This document shows, piece by piece, positions 1 to 9,684 of a stretch of 64,000 bases of DNA. Made by a program: the position numbers and the translations under genes. Every line of letters starts with the position of its first letter. Position 1 is the stretch's first letter. Source of the stretch: a virus; the IMG/VR virus record IMGVR_UViG_3300043438_002264, positions 60,541 to 124,540 of that record, one strand, 5' to 3'. The notes under the pieces are model-generated. The model worked only from the letters and a program-made list of their open reading frames with translations. It had not been told where the DNA came from and did not search any database.

Positions 1-405
1 TGAATCAATATCTGTAACATCAATGTCTCTAATTACTGCAGTGTTCTTTTTAAGCTCTGAAGTTTTTGTAATTATGTTTTCTAATGCTTCTGAACCTTTG
101 CCACCCTGGACATCAGAGGCCGTCGTCATTAAGATTTCTTTTAAGCTGTCGTTTAGATACTGCCCCTGTAATTCTTCTAAGTGATGTTTTGTTGCACCTA
201 CATTATCTACAACAGAAAAATCTCTAAACTTTTCTACGACTAGGCTTGTAGGAGGAACTGTTCCATTAGCCTCAGCATATTTACGAATAAACTGCCAGAC
301 GTCGTTGTGTGTTCGCAAGATATTTTCTACGTTTGCTTGCAACAATACGTGAACCTGTTTGTCTTGCAACACTGCAGATATTAGTCTGGCCTCTGTGTTA
401 TTCAC
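1..405 (-). CDS. Replicative DNA helicase DnaB-like, N-terminal part (runs off window)
   Basis: Read manually: GTG at 405, open to position 1: MNNTEARLISAVLQDKQVHVLLQANVENILRTHNDVWQFIRKYAEANGTVPPTSLVVEKF... Resembles phage DnaB N-terminal domains; the ATPase motifs lie outside the window. Confidence 0.65.
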   Translation of the reverse strand, partial: MNNTEARLISAVLQDKQVHVLLQANVENILRTHNDVWQFIRKYAEANGTVPPTSLVVEKFRDFSVVDNVGATKHHLEELQGQYLNDSLKEILMTTASDVQGGKGSEALENIITKTSELKKNTAVIRDIDVTDIDS

Positions 406-706
406 TTAACCACTCTTTTGCTTTCTTTCGTCTTTCAGTTCGTTCTCTTAAATCTTGAATAAGCTGTTCCCTAGAATTAATAATGTTGTCTGCGTAATTT
501 GCAAAATACTTCCAGCTTGGATTTGGGCTAACATCAAAATAGTATTGTAGCATATCATAGCAAATGTCTAGGCCAAACGATTCAATGAGGGCATCAGCCG
601 CCCACTGCTCTACATTTAAATTAACTATTGGCTTTTCTTGATACTTTATCTTATGAAGTTTACTGTATCTGCTTAGCAAAGCCATTCGGTCTTTGCGGTC
701 TGCCAT
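398..706 (-). CDS. Hypothetical protein (possibly helicase-associated)
   Basis: 102-aa ORF overlapping the helicase start. Confidence 0.6.
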   Translation of the reverse strand: MADRKDRMALLSRYSKLHKIKYQEKPIVNLNVEQWAADALIESFGLDICYDMLQYYFDVSPNPSWKYFANYADNIINSREQLIQDLRERTERRKKAKEWLSE

Positions 707-915
707 TATCTACTTTCGATTTCGGCAGAAGCCTCTTTAACCTTTTCTGCTAGCTTGTTTTCAACAAACTCATAAACTCGCTCGAAAGCCTCGTTTGTAG
801 TTTCGGCTTCACGCTTATTGTCAGAAACCTCTAGATCGATTCTTAGTGACTGAAAGTTGCCAAGATTCAATGTGTATCCTAGTGCTACCTTGACTTTAGT
901 GTTTTCGTTTTCCAT
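706..915 (-). CDS. Hypothetical phage protein
   Basis: 69 aa, TLNLGNFQSLRID motif, coupled to the next gene. Confidence 0.6.
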   Translation of the reverse strand: MENENTKVKVALGYTLNLGNFQSLRIDLEVSDNKREAETTNEAFERVYEFVENKLAEKVKEASAEIESR

Positions 916-930
916 ACCCGTATCTTTCTA

Positions 931-1473
931 TTAAATAGATTCAGACCAAACTGGAATGAATCGCCCATCTTCTGTTTTAGTATAAGTAAGTATACCATCT
1001 CCCATACGCCTTGTCAACTCTTGACGTGTTGGCGTAATATCGTTGGTTATCAGCTTATCCAATCTTGGTCTACCCATGTGGTAGGTAGCAAGTATATCAC
1101 GAATTTCTCTTACCTGTGATTCTGAATAATATGATCTAACTTGCCATGCAGTTTCTCCACCTTTTTGAGATCCTGTAGGAAGGGGAATTACCCCTCTTTT
1201 CATTAGACTAGGCATATACTTTTTATGACGATTAACCAAAGAGGCTGTTTCACCAACTGTATAAGCTCTCTCTCTGTTCTTTTTAAAGTCTGAGATTAGG
1301 CAGCTTTCTATTTGATCTTTAATAATATTATAAACAGACATGATTCCGTTTGACTTATTCAAGTGATGAACTCTTACAAGGTGCCCGTTTAAAAACCAAA
1401 CTTTTTTGTTTCCTGGAATTGCTGGGGCAGAATTATATTCTGACATATCCATTGGACCATGTTTTTTGCCCAT
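931..1473 (-). CDS. MerR-like HTH DNA-binding protein
   Basis: YTVGETASLVNR...LMKRGVIP...YYSESQVREIR fits a MerR/excisionase-type winged HTH pattern. Confidence 0.55.
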   Translation of the reverse strand: MGKKHGPMDMSEYNSAPAIPGNKKVWFLNGHLVRVHHLNKSNGIMSVYNIIKDQIESCLISDFKKNRERAYTVGETASLVNRHKKYMPSLMKRGVIPLPTGSQKGGETAWQVRSYYSESQVREIRDILATYHMGRPRLDKLITNDITPTRQELTRRMGDGILTYTKTEDGRFIPVWSESI

Positions 1474-1477
1474 TATA

Positions 1478-1921
1478 TTAGTCTGGAATACCTATTGCAA
1501 TGATGTGAACTTTAAGGGCCAAAGACCCTCCTGTATTAAAGCGAACAATGCCGTTAACAGATGAGTTGGTAACGCTTTGAATAATAACTGACACGTTTTG
1601 GCCAGAAGAAGTTCCTTCAATTAAAACTGGAGTAATCGTTACAATTGGCGGGTACCTGTATTCTCCCTTAAAAGAGTAAGAAAAAGACTGTGTGGTTTCG
1701 GCTGTCACATTTGTAAGGGTGGGATAGATTACTTTTTCTCCAGCGACTACCTTGGTGTCTGTAAGCAAGGTGCTTTCATTTCCACTTGTAGTATCAATAG
1801 ATGCGTACTTATATCTTGCTGAAGATATTTGTGACGAAAGGTCATTAATTGCTTCTACAATTTGATAAACATATGATACGTCTAGAGGCTGTCCTCTATC
1901 TGGAGTTGGTATTTTGGCCAT
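1478..1921 (-). CDS. Tail-tip protein with small lectin-like beta domain
   Basis: FSYSFKGEYRYPPIVTIT...VHIIAIG C-terminal pattern; end of tail operon. Confidence 0.5.
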   Translation of the reverse strand: MAKIPTPDRGQPLDVSYVYQIVEAINDLSSQISSARYKYASIDTTSGNESTLLTDTKVVAGEKVIYPTLTNVTAETTQSFSYSFKGEYRYPPIVTITPVLIEGTSSGQNVSVIIQSVTNSSVNGIVRFNTGGSLALKVHIIAIGIPD

Positions 1922-1963
1922 AGCTAATTATAACACAAACCTGGCAAAATAGCTATCTACTTG

Positions 1964-2413
1964 CTATCTTGATGTTGCCTCTAGGCTGCAGATTGTCAAG
2001 ACGTTGTTTACAACCTTTTCAATCCCAGCAAGTTGAATTTTTACACGGATATCCGTGTGAACCTCTTGCTTTAAAAATGAGTATGTGTGTATTGGAGAAG
2101 ACCCGTGATAGAAATATTCTTGCCAAGCAATTGTACTAGTTCCTGGATTATAGATACCAAAACTTACAAAAATATCATATAATGATTTAAGGTTTGTGTC
2201 TCCCCAGATCGCCGTCACACCAGAGGCACTATTTATTTGTAAGTCTCCAGAAACTTGCTCTATAAACGGTGTGGCATCTAATTTATAAACTGGGGACCAG
2301 TGAGAGGTTCTGTTTTTGTCTTCTGAAATAATTCTATATCTTAGCAAGTATTCACCATCAGGAGATAATGGTGGAAAATCTTTTTTTTCAATAGTTACTT
2401 TTTTAACTGACAA
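1964..2413 (-). CDS. Minor tail/structural protein
   Basis: 149-aa beta-rich ORF in the tail-tip operon. Confidence 0.5.
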   Translation of the reverse strand: MSVKKVTIEKKDFPPLSPDGEYLLRYRIISEDKNRTSHWSPVYKLDATPFIEQVSGDLQINSASGVTAIWGDTNLKSLYDIFVSFGIYNPGTSTIAWQEYFYHGSSPIHTYSFLKQEVHTDIRVKIQLAGIEKVVNNVLTICSLEATSR

Positions 2414-3572
2414 CGTCTATCCCCAAGTCAACATCTAAAGCAAAACGAAATTCTACTAGGTTTGCAGTATTAGGAATTTTAACAATTGGCAAAGCATCTT
2501 GAGATTTTACTACAGAATATCCCGTTAATCCGTAAAGAGGATTGACAGATGTAGTGTTTTCTAGCCTCAAAGCATCTAAGGCAACGTAGTAATCGTCTGT
2601 TGGATTTCCTACAGAGTCTAATACTGATGCCCAAATTTTAACAACAGTCACAGAGTTCCAAGTAAAGGTTGAACTTTTAACTAAATCTTTTAGTGGTTTT
2701 GTGACTACGACATATCTATTATTCTCAAAGTCTTGTTGACCAGACCCAGTTCCGTTTTGAATATCTACCTGAAGCTGAGCATAGTTTGTTGCAGAGTCGC
2801 TATCTGATGAAGCAAACTCCACCAAAACCTTTACTCTGCTTGGCTCTACACTATCATATGCATTTTTGTTAACTACAGAAAAAGCAAACCTTAACTCATC
2901 AGAAGCAGAATTTCTATTAAAATCAATACTTGCTCCAGTTAAATGTATATGATTTGAACCCACTGCTGGAACCATTCTTGAACCACTTAGAGACAAAGTT
3001 GATTCTCCGCCAGCCATTAAAATAATATTGTTTAAATACCTACAAGATTCATACCTTGTTATCCTAGACTCATTAAGCAGTGTTCTGTTGTCTGCATTAG
3101 TTTGAAAAACTGGTGATGTCTGAATAATATCGTCTGGGTCTGCTTCTGTTCCTAGCGGCTGAGTAATTGTTGGAATTGTGACGGCAGCTGTATCAGTATG
3201 ATATTCCCAATTTTCGGTTCTAGTAAAAGAGTAAATTGGTTTGCTGTCATAGGCTCCTGCAGTTGGATTTGATCCTGAAGAGTAAACTCCAATCTCAGTA
3301 ATTTCATATCTTTCAATAGTTGGAAGCTCTGCAGTTAAAACAATTTTTGATATTCCATTTTCATTGACATACCCTCTTGAAGTAATGGGCACACGAAACA
3401 TTTCAAAGTCTAGCTGCTTTTTATCTAATATATCTTGAATATCATTACCCGTAAAGGCATAATCTATAGCCTTTGGAGTTGCCCCACATCCTAAAGCAAT
3501 GTGCGATGCATAGGCTGGAGCCTGGCCAATTAAATATTTGGCTAATATGTTTTTTCCAACATTAGTAATCAT
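2403..3572 (-). CDS. Tail-tip/baseplate-like structural protein
   Basis: MITNVGKNILAKYL...IALGCG...ITEIGVY N-terminus typical of tail/baseplate proteins. Confidence 0.55.
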   Translation of the reverse strand: MITNVGKNILAKYLIGQAPAYASHIALGCGATPKAIDYAFTGNDIQDILDKKQLDFEMFRVPITSRGYVNENGISKIVLTAELPTIERYEITEIGVYSSGSNPTAGAYDSKPIYSFTRTENWEYHTDTAAVTIPTITQPLGTEADPDDIIQTSPVFQTNADNRTLLNESRITRYESCRYLNNIILMAGGESTLSLSGSRMVPAVGSNHIHLTGASIDFNRNSASDELRFAFSVVNKNAYDSVEPSRVKVLVEFASSDSDSATNYAQLQVDIQNGTGSGQQDFENNRYVVVTKPLKDLVKSSTFTWNSVTVVKIWASVLDSVGNPTDDYYVALDALRLENTTSVNPLYGLTGYSVVKSQDALPIVKIPNTANLVEFRFALDVDLGIDVVS

Positions 3573-4345
3573 GAGACATCCTCTTCATATATTGTATCAT
3601 TAAAAATTTGGCCAGAAGCCATCATCTGGACCTCTATCTCATAGTCTGCTTTTAAATTTACAGTTTCAATAACTATATTTCCATTAACAGAATCAATATA
3701 AACAGATTCTGGGGGTGTTTCATTTGTATCCTGTACAATATGATTTTCCATCTTTATGGCAAAATTCTTAAAGTATATCTCTGCAGTATCTGGAATATTT
3801 ATAATGTTTTGTGGATTATAGCTAATTGCTATATCTGAAATATTTTTAACTGGCTGATAAACTATGTTCTGTCCATTAACAGTATCATGTCTTACAAGGC
3901 TTATTAATTCCTGTGCCCCAATTTTTTCTAAAGTTAATTTTAAGATTAAGTCTATTGGTAAATCGTTTTGATCAACAAGAATTATATCTGGAGATGCTGA
4001 TTTTATAGACTTATCTTCTGTTACTGGAACTGGTTGCGGAACGGCTGGGACTGCGGGTACTGAAGCTACCACTGGACTAGACGGTACAAACGCTCCGCCT
4101 GGATCCATGTTTGCTGGAGAATAAAGCCTTACATTATCTAAAGGTGTAGATGATGGGGTTGATATGCTCACACCTTTTCCAAGTTTTACATTTTCTCCAG
4201 AGTCAAAAGCAGCCCCTCTTTTTTGATTGTTAAGCTCCAGTATTTGATCTGCTAAAGCTCTTTGCTGCTTAGCTGTACCGTCTGGCAATGCTTGTTTAGC
4301 AAGACCAATTGCTTTTATTGGCTGTACTACTTTTGTTTTTGCCAT
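3569..4345 (-). CDS. Minor tail protein, hypothetical
   Basis: 258-aa ORF with Pro/Val linker, coupled to neighbours. Confidence 0.5.
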   Translation of the reverse strand: MAKTKVVQPIKAIGLAKQALPDGTAKQQRALADQILELNNQKRGAAFDSGENVKLGKGVSISTPSSTPLDNVRLYSPANMDPGGAFVPSSPVVASVPAVPAVPQPVPVTEDKSIKSASPDIILVDQNDLPIDLILKLTLEKIGAQELISLVRHDTVNGQNIVYQPVKNISDIAISYNPQNIINIPDTAEIYFKNFAIKMENHIVQDTNETPPESVYIDSVNGNIVIETVNLKADYEIEVQMMASGQIFNDTIYEEDVS

Positions 4346-7300
4346 TATATAACCTCACTTAAATAAATAGTCATGCCTGGACCAGAAACATCTTTTTGAT
4401 GCTCAATACTGTACACAACAAACCTTTGCTGAGGATCAAGGACATACCCCGTATCTGTTTCTGAATAATCAATTGTTACAATATCACCAAGCTGAATTGT
4501 CGGTGTTGCGAATATTCTTACACCAACAGACTTTCTGGGCTTCATAGTTTTAGAAATAATCCACTCCATAATTTTTGTAGCTTCATCTTTGCTTTGTATG
4601 TATAAAGAATCTAACGAAAACTCATTACGTCCGTAGGTTATGCGACTATTTTTTACATCATTATATAGCTCTTTTTGCTTTACTGGAGATAAAATAGTCA
4701 TGTCTTCTTTTGTTTGTGGATTTGAAAAATCCGAAGTTTTACTAAAATAATCATCTACTGTTAGTTCGCTTTTTGAGTCTTGGGTAAAAGTGATTCCCTG
4801 AATTCTTAAGTAGTTCCCAACCATTTCATCAAAACGTAAGAATGTGTCTGTGGCATTAAAGATTAAGAACTCTGCTCCGTATGCCCCAGCAAAAAATCCA
4901 GATACGGTATAGCCACGAATCTTGTTAAAGGTTGGAGAAATTGTTGCGTATAAGGCTGGGTAGGCTTTATCATATTTTACATTAAAGTAAGCAACCTCTC
5001 TCATGATAGTTCCGAACTCATCATAAAAAATATTATACTTTGGTGGTTCAGAGGGGCTAATCCCAGAAAGATATGTTGGCTGAATAATTCCACTAATTGC
5101 ATACTTTCTAAAAGATTCATTGGCAGAAATATCAATTTTATTAGTAAATATAGAATTTGCCACTGAGTCTAAAGTAAAGCTAGTGTTTTGACTATAGTTG
5201 TTTGCTAGGGCATAAATGTTTTCAAACATACACTGAGACCCTCCACGAACAAAAAGAGCCATATTGTTTGAATTAACTATTGGCAATGGCTTTGTGTCAT
5301 CTACAGTTGCAACTTGGGTATCATTTATATAGAGGTAGAATCTTCTAAAGGAGCCAAAGTCTTGATACTCTAGAGCAAGATCGTACACGTTTGTGTTTTC
5401 TTCTGCAACAACTCTAGCCTGTCCAGCAAAATTTCCATCATCAACAATTATTGTAGTCAAGCCGCTCCAAAGCTTAACTGGAATTCCAGCCTCATCTCTT
5501 GTTAGCAACCACTTTTCAGTTGATGAGCCAACAGCCGTTACTTTGTAATATCCGTCGTTGTCCGCAATCGTTTGGTTAGTTAAACGAATTCTTTCTCCTA
5601 CAGATACAGCAGATCCTCCAATAGTCAGTGCCCCATTTGTTTGTGCGGTTAGAGTTGTTGTAGTAGAGGCCCCTGGAAGATTTGTTGAAGATGTTTTGTC
5701 ATAGCTTTGATTTTCAACTATTTTATAAAAGAAAACATTTGCAACACCATCAGTTGGAGCATACTTATCAACATTGCTTTCTGATAAAGCTGCTATTTCA
5801 AAATAATAACCGTTATTTGTTTGAGGATTAAGAAGTGCAACAATTCCTCCGCTGCCTCCGCTAACAGCTAAGTTTTGCTCTGGGGTAGTTGTTGGAACAT
5901 TGTAATAAGTCGTAGCTCCCGCAGCTGTTTGAACAGAGGTTTCATTATTTTCAACTTTTCCAACTATTCTCATTCTTGTTCCAAAATGCTTAAAAGAATC
6001 ATTTAAAGGTTTGTTTATATATGAAATAAAATCAATTGAATTTTCTTGTGCAGAAAATGATGGACCCTTCATAACAAGGGCTGAAGACTGAACAGTTTCT
6101 GATGTTGCAGATAGCTTGTTCTTTCTAGAAACTTCTTCATTATATGAGTAAGACAAATAATTTTTTATCAAACTAGATCTTGATGATTTAGTGGCAAGAG
6201 ATTTGTTGATACCAGCCTTGCCAGTGCCTGTGGTTTTTTCAAAAACAGAATTTCCAAATAAATATTTAGAGTCCATGGAGCATCCAAAAACATTATCGTT
6301 ACTTGTCCAGTATTGATTAAGCCCAGCAGAGTGTTCTGTAATTTTAGTTCCAAACTGCTCTCTTCCGTGCTTGGAGACTGGGCCATTTGACATCTTAGTC
6401 ACTCCAGCTTGAGTCTCATAGTTTGGCTCGGCATATATCCTTACACGGCCTGTTGGATAAATTTTTCCATTAAAGGAAAGTTTTGAGAAATAGTTTTCGT
6501 ACTCCTCTGCATTTGTTATCCAAACGTTACCGCCAACAAACCCAGAATTAAGAACGCTAGAGGGCAATACGGATACGTTATACTCTACAGCATCATACTT
6601 TATGACTTCCCCATTAGAATAAAAGTATCCATTGTACTGACCTATATATAAAATTCCATCGCCAAAATCAATAATGTTATTGACAATTTCATGATTAACG
6701 ACTTCTGGAATTTGACTGCTTAAGTCTGAATTCAAAGGAATGGCTGACAAAGCATACTTATTTCCAGTTGCTGCCTGACCGTTTGTCGGTGTCATGTTTT
6801 CTGTTCCCGAAACTTCCCAAAGAAGAGATGGCTTGTATATCCAAGTAATGTCTTTATCTGCAACATAAGCTTGCTTAATAGAGCCCATTGTTTTTTGAAT
6901 ATATCTAGTTATATAACTAATCTTTCCATCGTTGTATGCATTATTGTCTTGAGAGCTTATATCTATAATATTTGCAATTGATGGTATTATTGGATTAGTC
7001 AAATTTTCTACAATGCCCTGCTTAATTTGATCTTTTGAACCTACAAGAACAAGATCAGATTCTCTGTCAGTCCTAGAAGGCAAAATATAATTTTTGCTCA
7101 TCATTATAAAATTATTATACTCATCAAAGAACATTGCCGTTTGAGTTGATCTTGCCAAATCTTGCAGTACTTCAGCAATGCTTTTGTCTGGAGCAACAAA
7201 GAAAAATGGAATTATAGGGTCTGGTTCGCCTGGAATTCTTTTAAAAGAGTAGTTGCTAAAACCAATACTGTCGAATATAGTGGCTATGGCATAGGACAGA

Positions 7301-8982
7301 GAGGTGTTAGGAATTAAAATTTCTGGAGCAGTTTGTGATTCAAAATAAAAAAACAAATCTCTTAGCTCAATGCTCAGCTCTCTTGTTTTTGGATTTGAGG
7401 CTGGAAAAAATTCAGAGTACATAGTTTTTAATGGAACATAAAAAGTTTTTTTAATTATGTTATTATCTATGTCAGTAATCTCTATATCTGAAATAATTTC
7501 ATAAAACTTTATCTGAATATTTTTATTTATATATTGAGCAATAACGCTTCCAGTTTGAGAATCTGGGTTCCAGGTATTGTTAGGGTTAAAGGATTGGTCA
7601 TAATCAAATAAAGCTAAGCTGCCTGTAGAAGCCAGCAACTGACCTACTGGCAAACCACTAATGCCAAGGTCTGAGGCATTCTTCTTTAAATTATAAGCAA
7701 TTGTTTTGCCAGTTAAGTCTACTGCTAATCTGGGGGAAAGTTCAATTAGGTCAAAGGTTGCACCAAACTTATTCATTGTATCTACAACTATTCTAATTCC
7801 AGATATAAAAGTAAATTCTTCATAATCTAAAATACCGTTTTGGTTTGAACCATACTTTTGTGGAGTTGTGGTATCAGTTAAAAAGTTTGTAAGCTGATCA
7901 ACATTTTCGTCAGCAACGTACCAGCCATACTGTGGGATAAAGGTTTTGTACTCTCCAGAATTCCAAATATAGAAAACTCCTACGTCAGAGCTGTTTGCTT
8001 TAACTAGATATGCCTGACCCTCTTCATTTTCGTCTGGCAAGACAGTAGTTGAAGCTAGAATGCCGTTATTAATAAAACTTTTTCTAAATTTTTCTGGGAC
8101 GATTAAGCCATAACCAAGCTCTAGATATCCATCTGTTCCAAATATAGAATCTCCGTTTGACCGTACAGAATTTTTGTCAAAAGAAATTGCATCTATCCAA
8201 ATATTATTTTTTAGGTATTGAACCTTCCATTTGGTTGGAACGGTCTTATTCTGTTCTCCAAAAAATGGATCTGCAAAGGTTCCAGCTGGGCCAGAGAATG
8301 GCCCTAAGTTTATGTCTCCAACGTTTGTCTGTGTCTTTATAATAATTCTGTTAACTGGAATTTCTTCCTTATAAACAATATAAGGGGCTGCATCTTGTAT
8401 AAAATAGTCAAGCCCTTCCTGGCTAAGCTCTTCAAAGCCAATTCCAGTCAGTGAGTTTGTTTCAAAGGCAATCCCATACTCTTGTCCATTTTCAGTTCTA
8501 TACGATGTCCAGTATTTAAATTTATCATTTTTATCTGGCATATAGTATCTGGGACGATTAAACATTTCAGTATTGCTGTGATGTAAGTAATTACCTGTAA
8601 TGCCATACCTAAGTTTGTTAATTCCAGATCTTGGTCTAAACTTTCCAAAGCATTCTTCTAAAGAAAATAAAAGCTTTTCTTTTTCTTTTTTAGGTTTAAA
8701 CAACACAGGAGTCTGACCGTCTTCTTCAAAACCGCCGTCAACAACTATGTCTGCATCTGTTGCATCAGTATAAAAATTACCTGTATCTCTAGGATCATAA
8801 AAATTTATTAATGATCTATACTTTTCATCTTCAACAGAAGAAGAGTATGGCCTATATCTGTAGTTTCCAATATCAGCAATATTGTCAGAAAAGTTCATAT
8901 TCCATTCTGCAATTACTGCTGTCTGAGATTTAATTGTAGAAGAATTTTTTAAGTGGTCGTTTAGCTCTTTGCTCTCAAACAT
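4345..8982 (-). CDS. Large tail-tip/hub protein
   Basis: 1545 aa, two genes downstream of the tape measure; C-terminal IQLGDIVTI...FVVYSIEH is typical of siphovirus tail hub proteins. Confidence 0.65.
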   Translation of the reverse strand: MFESKELNDHLKNSSTIKSQTAVIAEWNMNFSDNIADIGNYRYRPYSSSVEDEKYRSLINFYDPRDTGNFYTDATDADIVVDGGFEEDGQTPVLFKPKKEKEKLLFSLEECFGKFRPRSGINKLRYGITGNYLHHSNTEMFNRPRYYMPDKNDKFKYWTSYRTENGQEYGIAFETNSLTGIGFEELSQEGLDYFIQDAAPYIVYKEEIPVNRIIIKTQTNVGDINLGPFSGPAGTFADPFFGEQNKTVPTKWKVQYLKNNIWIDAISFDKNSVRSNGDSIFGTDGYLELGYGLIVPEKFRKSFINNGILASTTVLPDENEEGQAYLVKANSSDVGVFYIWNSGEYKTFIPQYGWYVADENVDQLTNFLTDTTTPQKYGSNQNGILDYEEFTFISGIRIVVDTMNKFGATFDLIELSPRLAVDLTGKTIAYNLKKNASDLGISGLPVGQLLASTGSLALFDYDQSFNPNNTWNPDSQTGSVIAQYINKNIQIKFYEIISDIEITDIDNNIIKKTFYVPLKTMYSEFFPASNPKTRELSIELRDLFFYFESQTAPEILIPNTSLSYAIATIFDSIGFSNYSFKRIPGEPDPIIPFFFVAPDKSIAEVLQDLARSTQTAMFFDEYNNFIMMSKNYILPSRTDRESDLVLVGSKDQIKQGIVENLTNPIIPSIANIIDISSQDNNAYNDGKISYITRYIQKTMGSIKQAYVADKDITWIYKPSLLWEVSGTENMTPTNGQAATGNKYALSAIPLNSDLSSQIPEVVNHEIVNNIIDFGDGILYIGQYNGYFYSNGEVIKYDAVEYNVSVLPSSVLNSGFVGGNVWITNAEEYENYFSKLSFNGKIYPTGRVRIYAEPNYETQAGVTKMSNGPVSKHGREQFGTKITEHSAGLNQYWTSNDNVFGCSMDSKYLFGNSVFEKTTGTGKAGINKSLATKSSRSSLIKNYLSYSYNEEVSRKNKLSATSETVQSSALVMKGPSFSAQENSIDFISYINKPLNDSFKHFGTRMRIVGKVENNETSVQTAAGATTYYNVPTTTPEQNLAVSGGSGGIVALLNPQTNNGYYFEIAALSESNVDKYAPTDGVANVFFYKIVENQSYDKTSSTNLPGASTTTTLTAQTNGALTIGGSAVSVGERIRLTNQTIADNDGYYKVTAVGSSTEKWLLTRDEAGIPVKLWSGLTTIIVDDGNFAGQARVVAEENTNVYDLALEYQDFGSFRRFYLYINDTQVATVDDTKPLPIVNSNNMALFVRGGSQCMFENIYALANNYSQNTSFTLDSVANSIFTNKIDISANESFRKYAISGIIQPTYLSGISPSEPPKYNIFYDEFGTIMREVAYFNVKYDKAYPALYATISPTFNKIRGYTVSGFFAGAYGAEFLIFNATDTFLRFDEMVGNYLRIQGITFTQDSKSELTVDDYFSKTSDFSNPQTKEDMTILSPVKQKELYNDVKNSRITYGRNEFSLDSLYIQSKDEATKIMEWIISKTMKPRKSVGVRIFATPTIQLGDIVTIDYSETDTGYVLDPQQRFVVYSIEHQKDVSGPGMTIYLSEVI

Positions 8983-9684
8983 TTAAACCTCTTCTAGAGT
9001 TACAGAAATATTCCAGAAATCATAATTTGATCCACCACGTTTTTCAACAGAGTAACTAAAATCAGAGATATACATTTCTATGATTTGGTTATACTGTCCA
9101 AGTTTTTTATATCTATTTACATCGTCTTCGCTAAAGTTAGTATACTTATCGTAAGCTAAATACACCCAAAAAGAATCCTGATGGCTGTTATACCAATCTA
9201 AAATTTCTACCCCGCCAGCTCCGCCATCAGTTGTATACTGCTCTGAAGCTGTAGTTGCATTCGGAAGAATTTTAAAAGATCCATCTGTTCCAGGACTACG
9301 AACTCCAGAAACTATCAGGTCTGGATCTGCTATTTCAGAATCAAAATTCGGGTATTCTGAAAATGACCTAGATGGAAGCATATTCCAAGATGTTGAAATA
9401 GTAAGCTTATCTGCAATGTGATAAGACCTCATTCTTCCGTTAATCATTCTTTCTCTGCGTTCCAACCTAAAGGGCTGAAACTGTAATGGCTGACGATTAT
9501 CATCAGACAACACAATAAATTCATTTAAAAGGTCTCCAGACTCAGTCTGTGAAATATCTTGACCAACCTCAAAGCCGTTAGGTATGTAAAGGCCAGATGA
9601 AAGAGTCCCTGGATTATTTGCCCATAGCATTGCCTGAGGCCTTTGGTACTTTTTCCTACTGGTCATATATACGTTAGTAGCCAT
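8983..9684 (-). CDS. Distal tail (Dit)-like protein
   Basis: Directly downstream of the tape measure; RMINGRMRSYHIADK...WNISVTLEEV. Confidence 0.55.
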   Translation of the reverse strand: MATNVYMTSRKKYQRPQAMLWANNPGTLSSGLYIPNGFEVGQDISQTESGDLLNEFIVLSDDNRQPLQFQPFRLERRERMINGRMRSYHIADKLTISTSWNMLPSRSFSEYPNFDSEIADPDLIVSGVRSPGTDGSFKILPNATTASEQYTTDGGAGGVEILDWYNSHQDSFWVYLAYDKYTNFSEDDVNRYKKLGQYNQIIEMYISDFSYSVEKRGGSNYDFWNISVTLEEV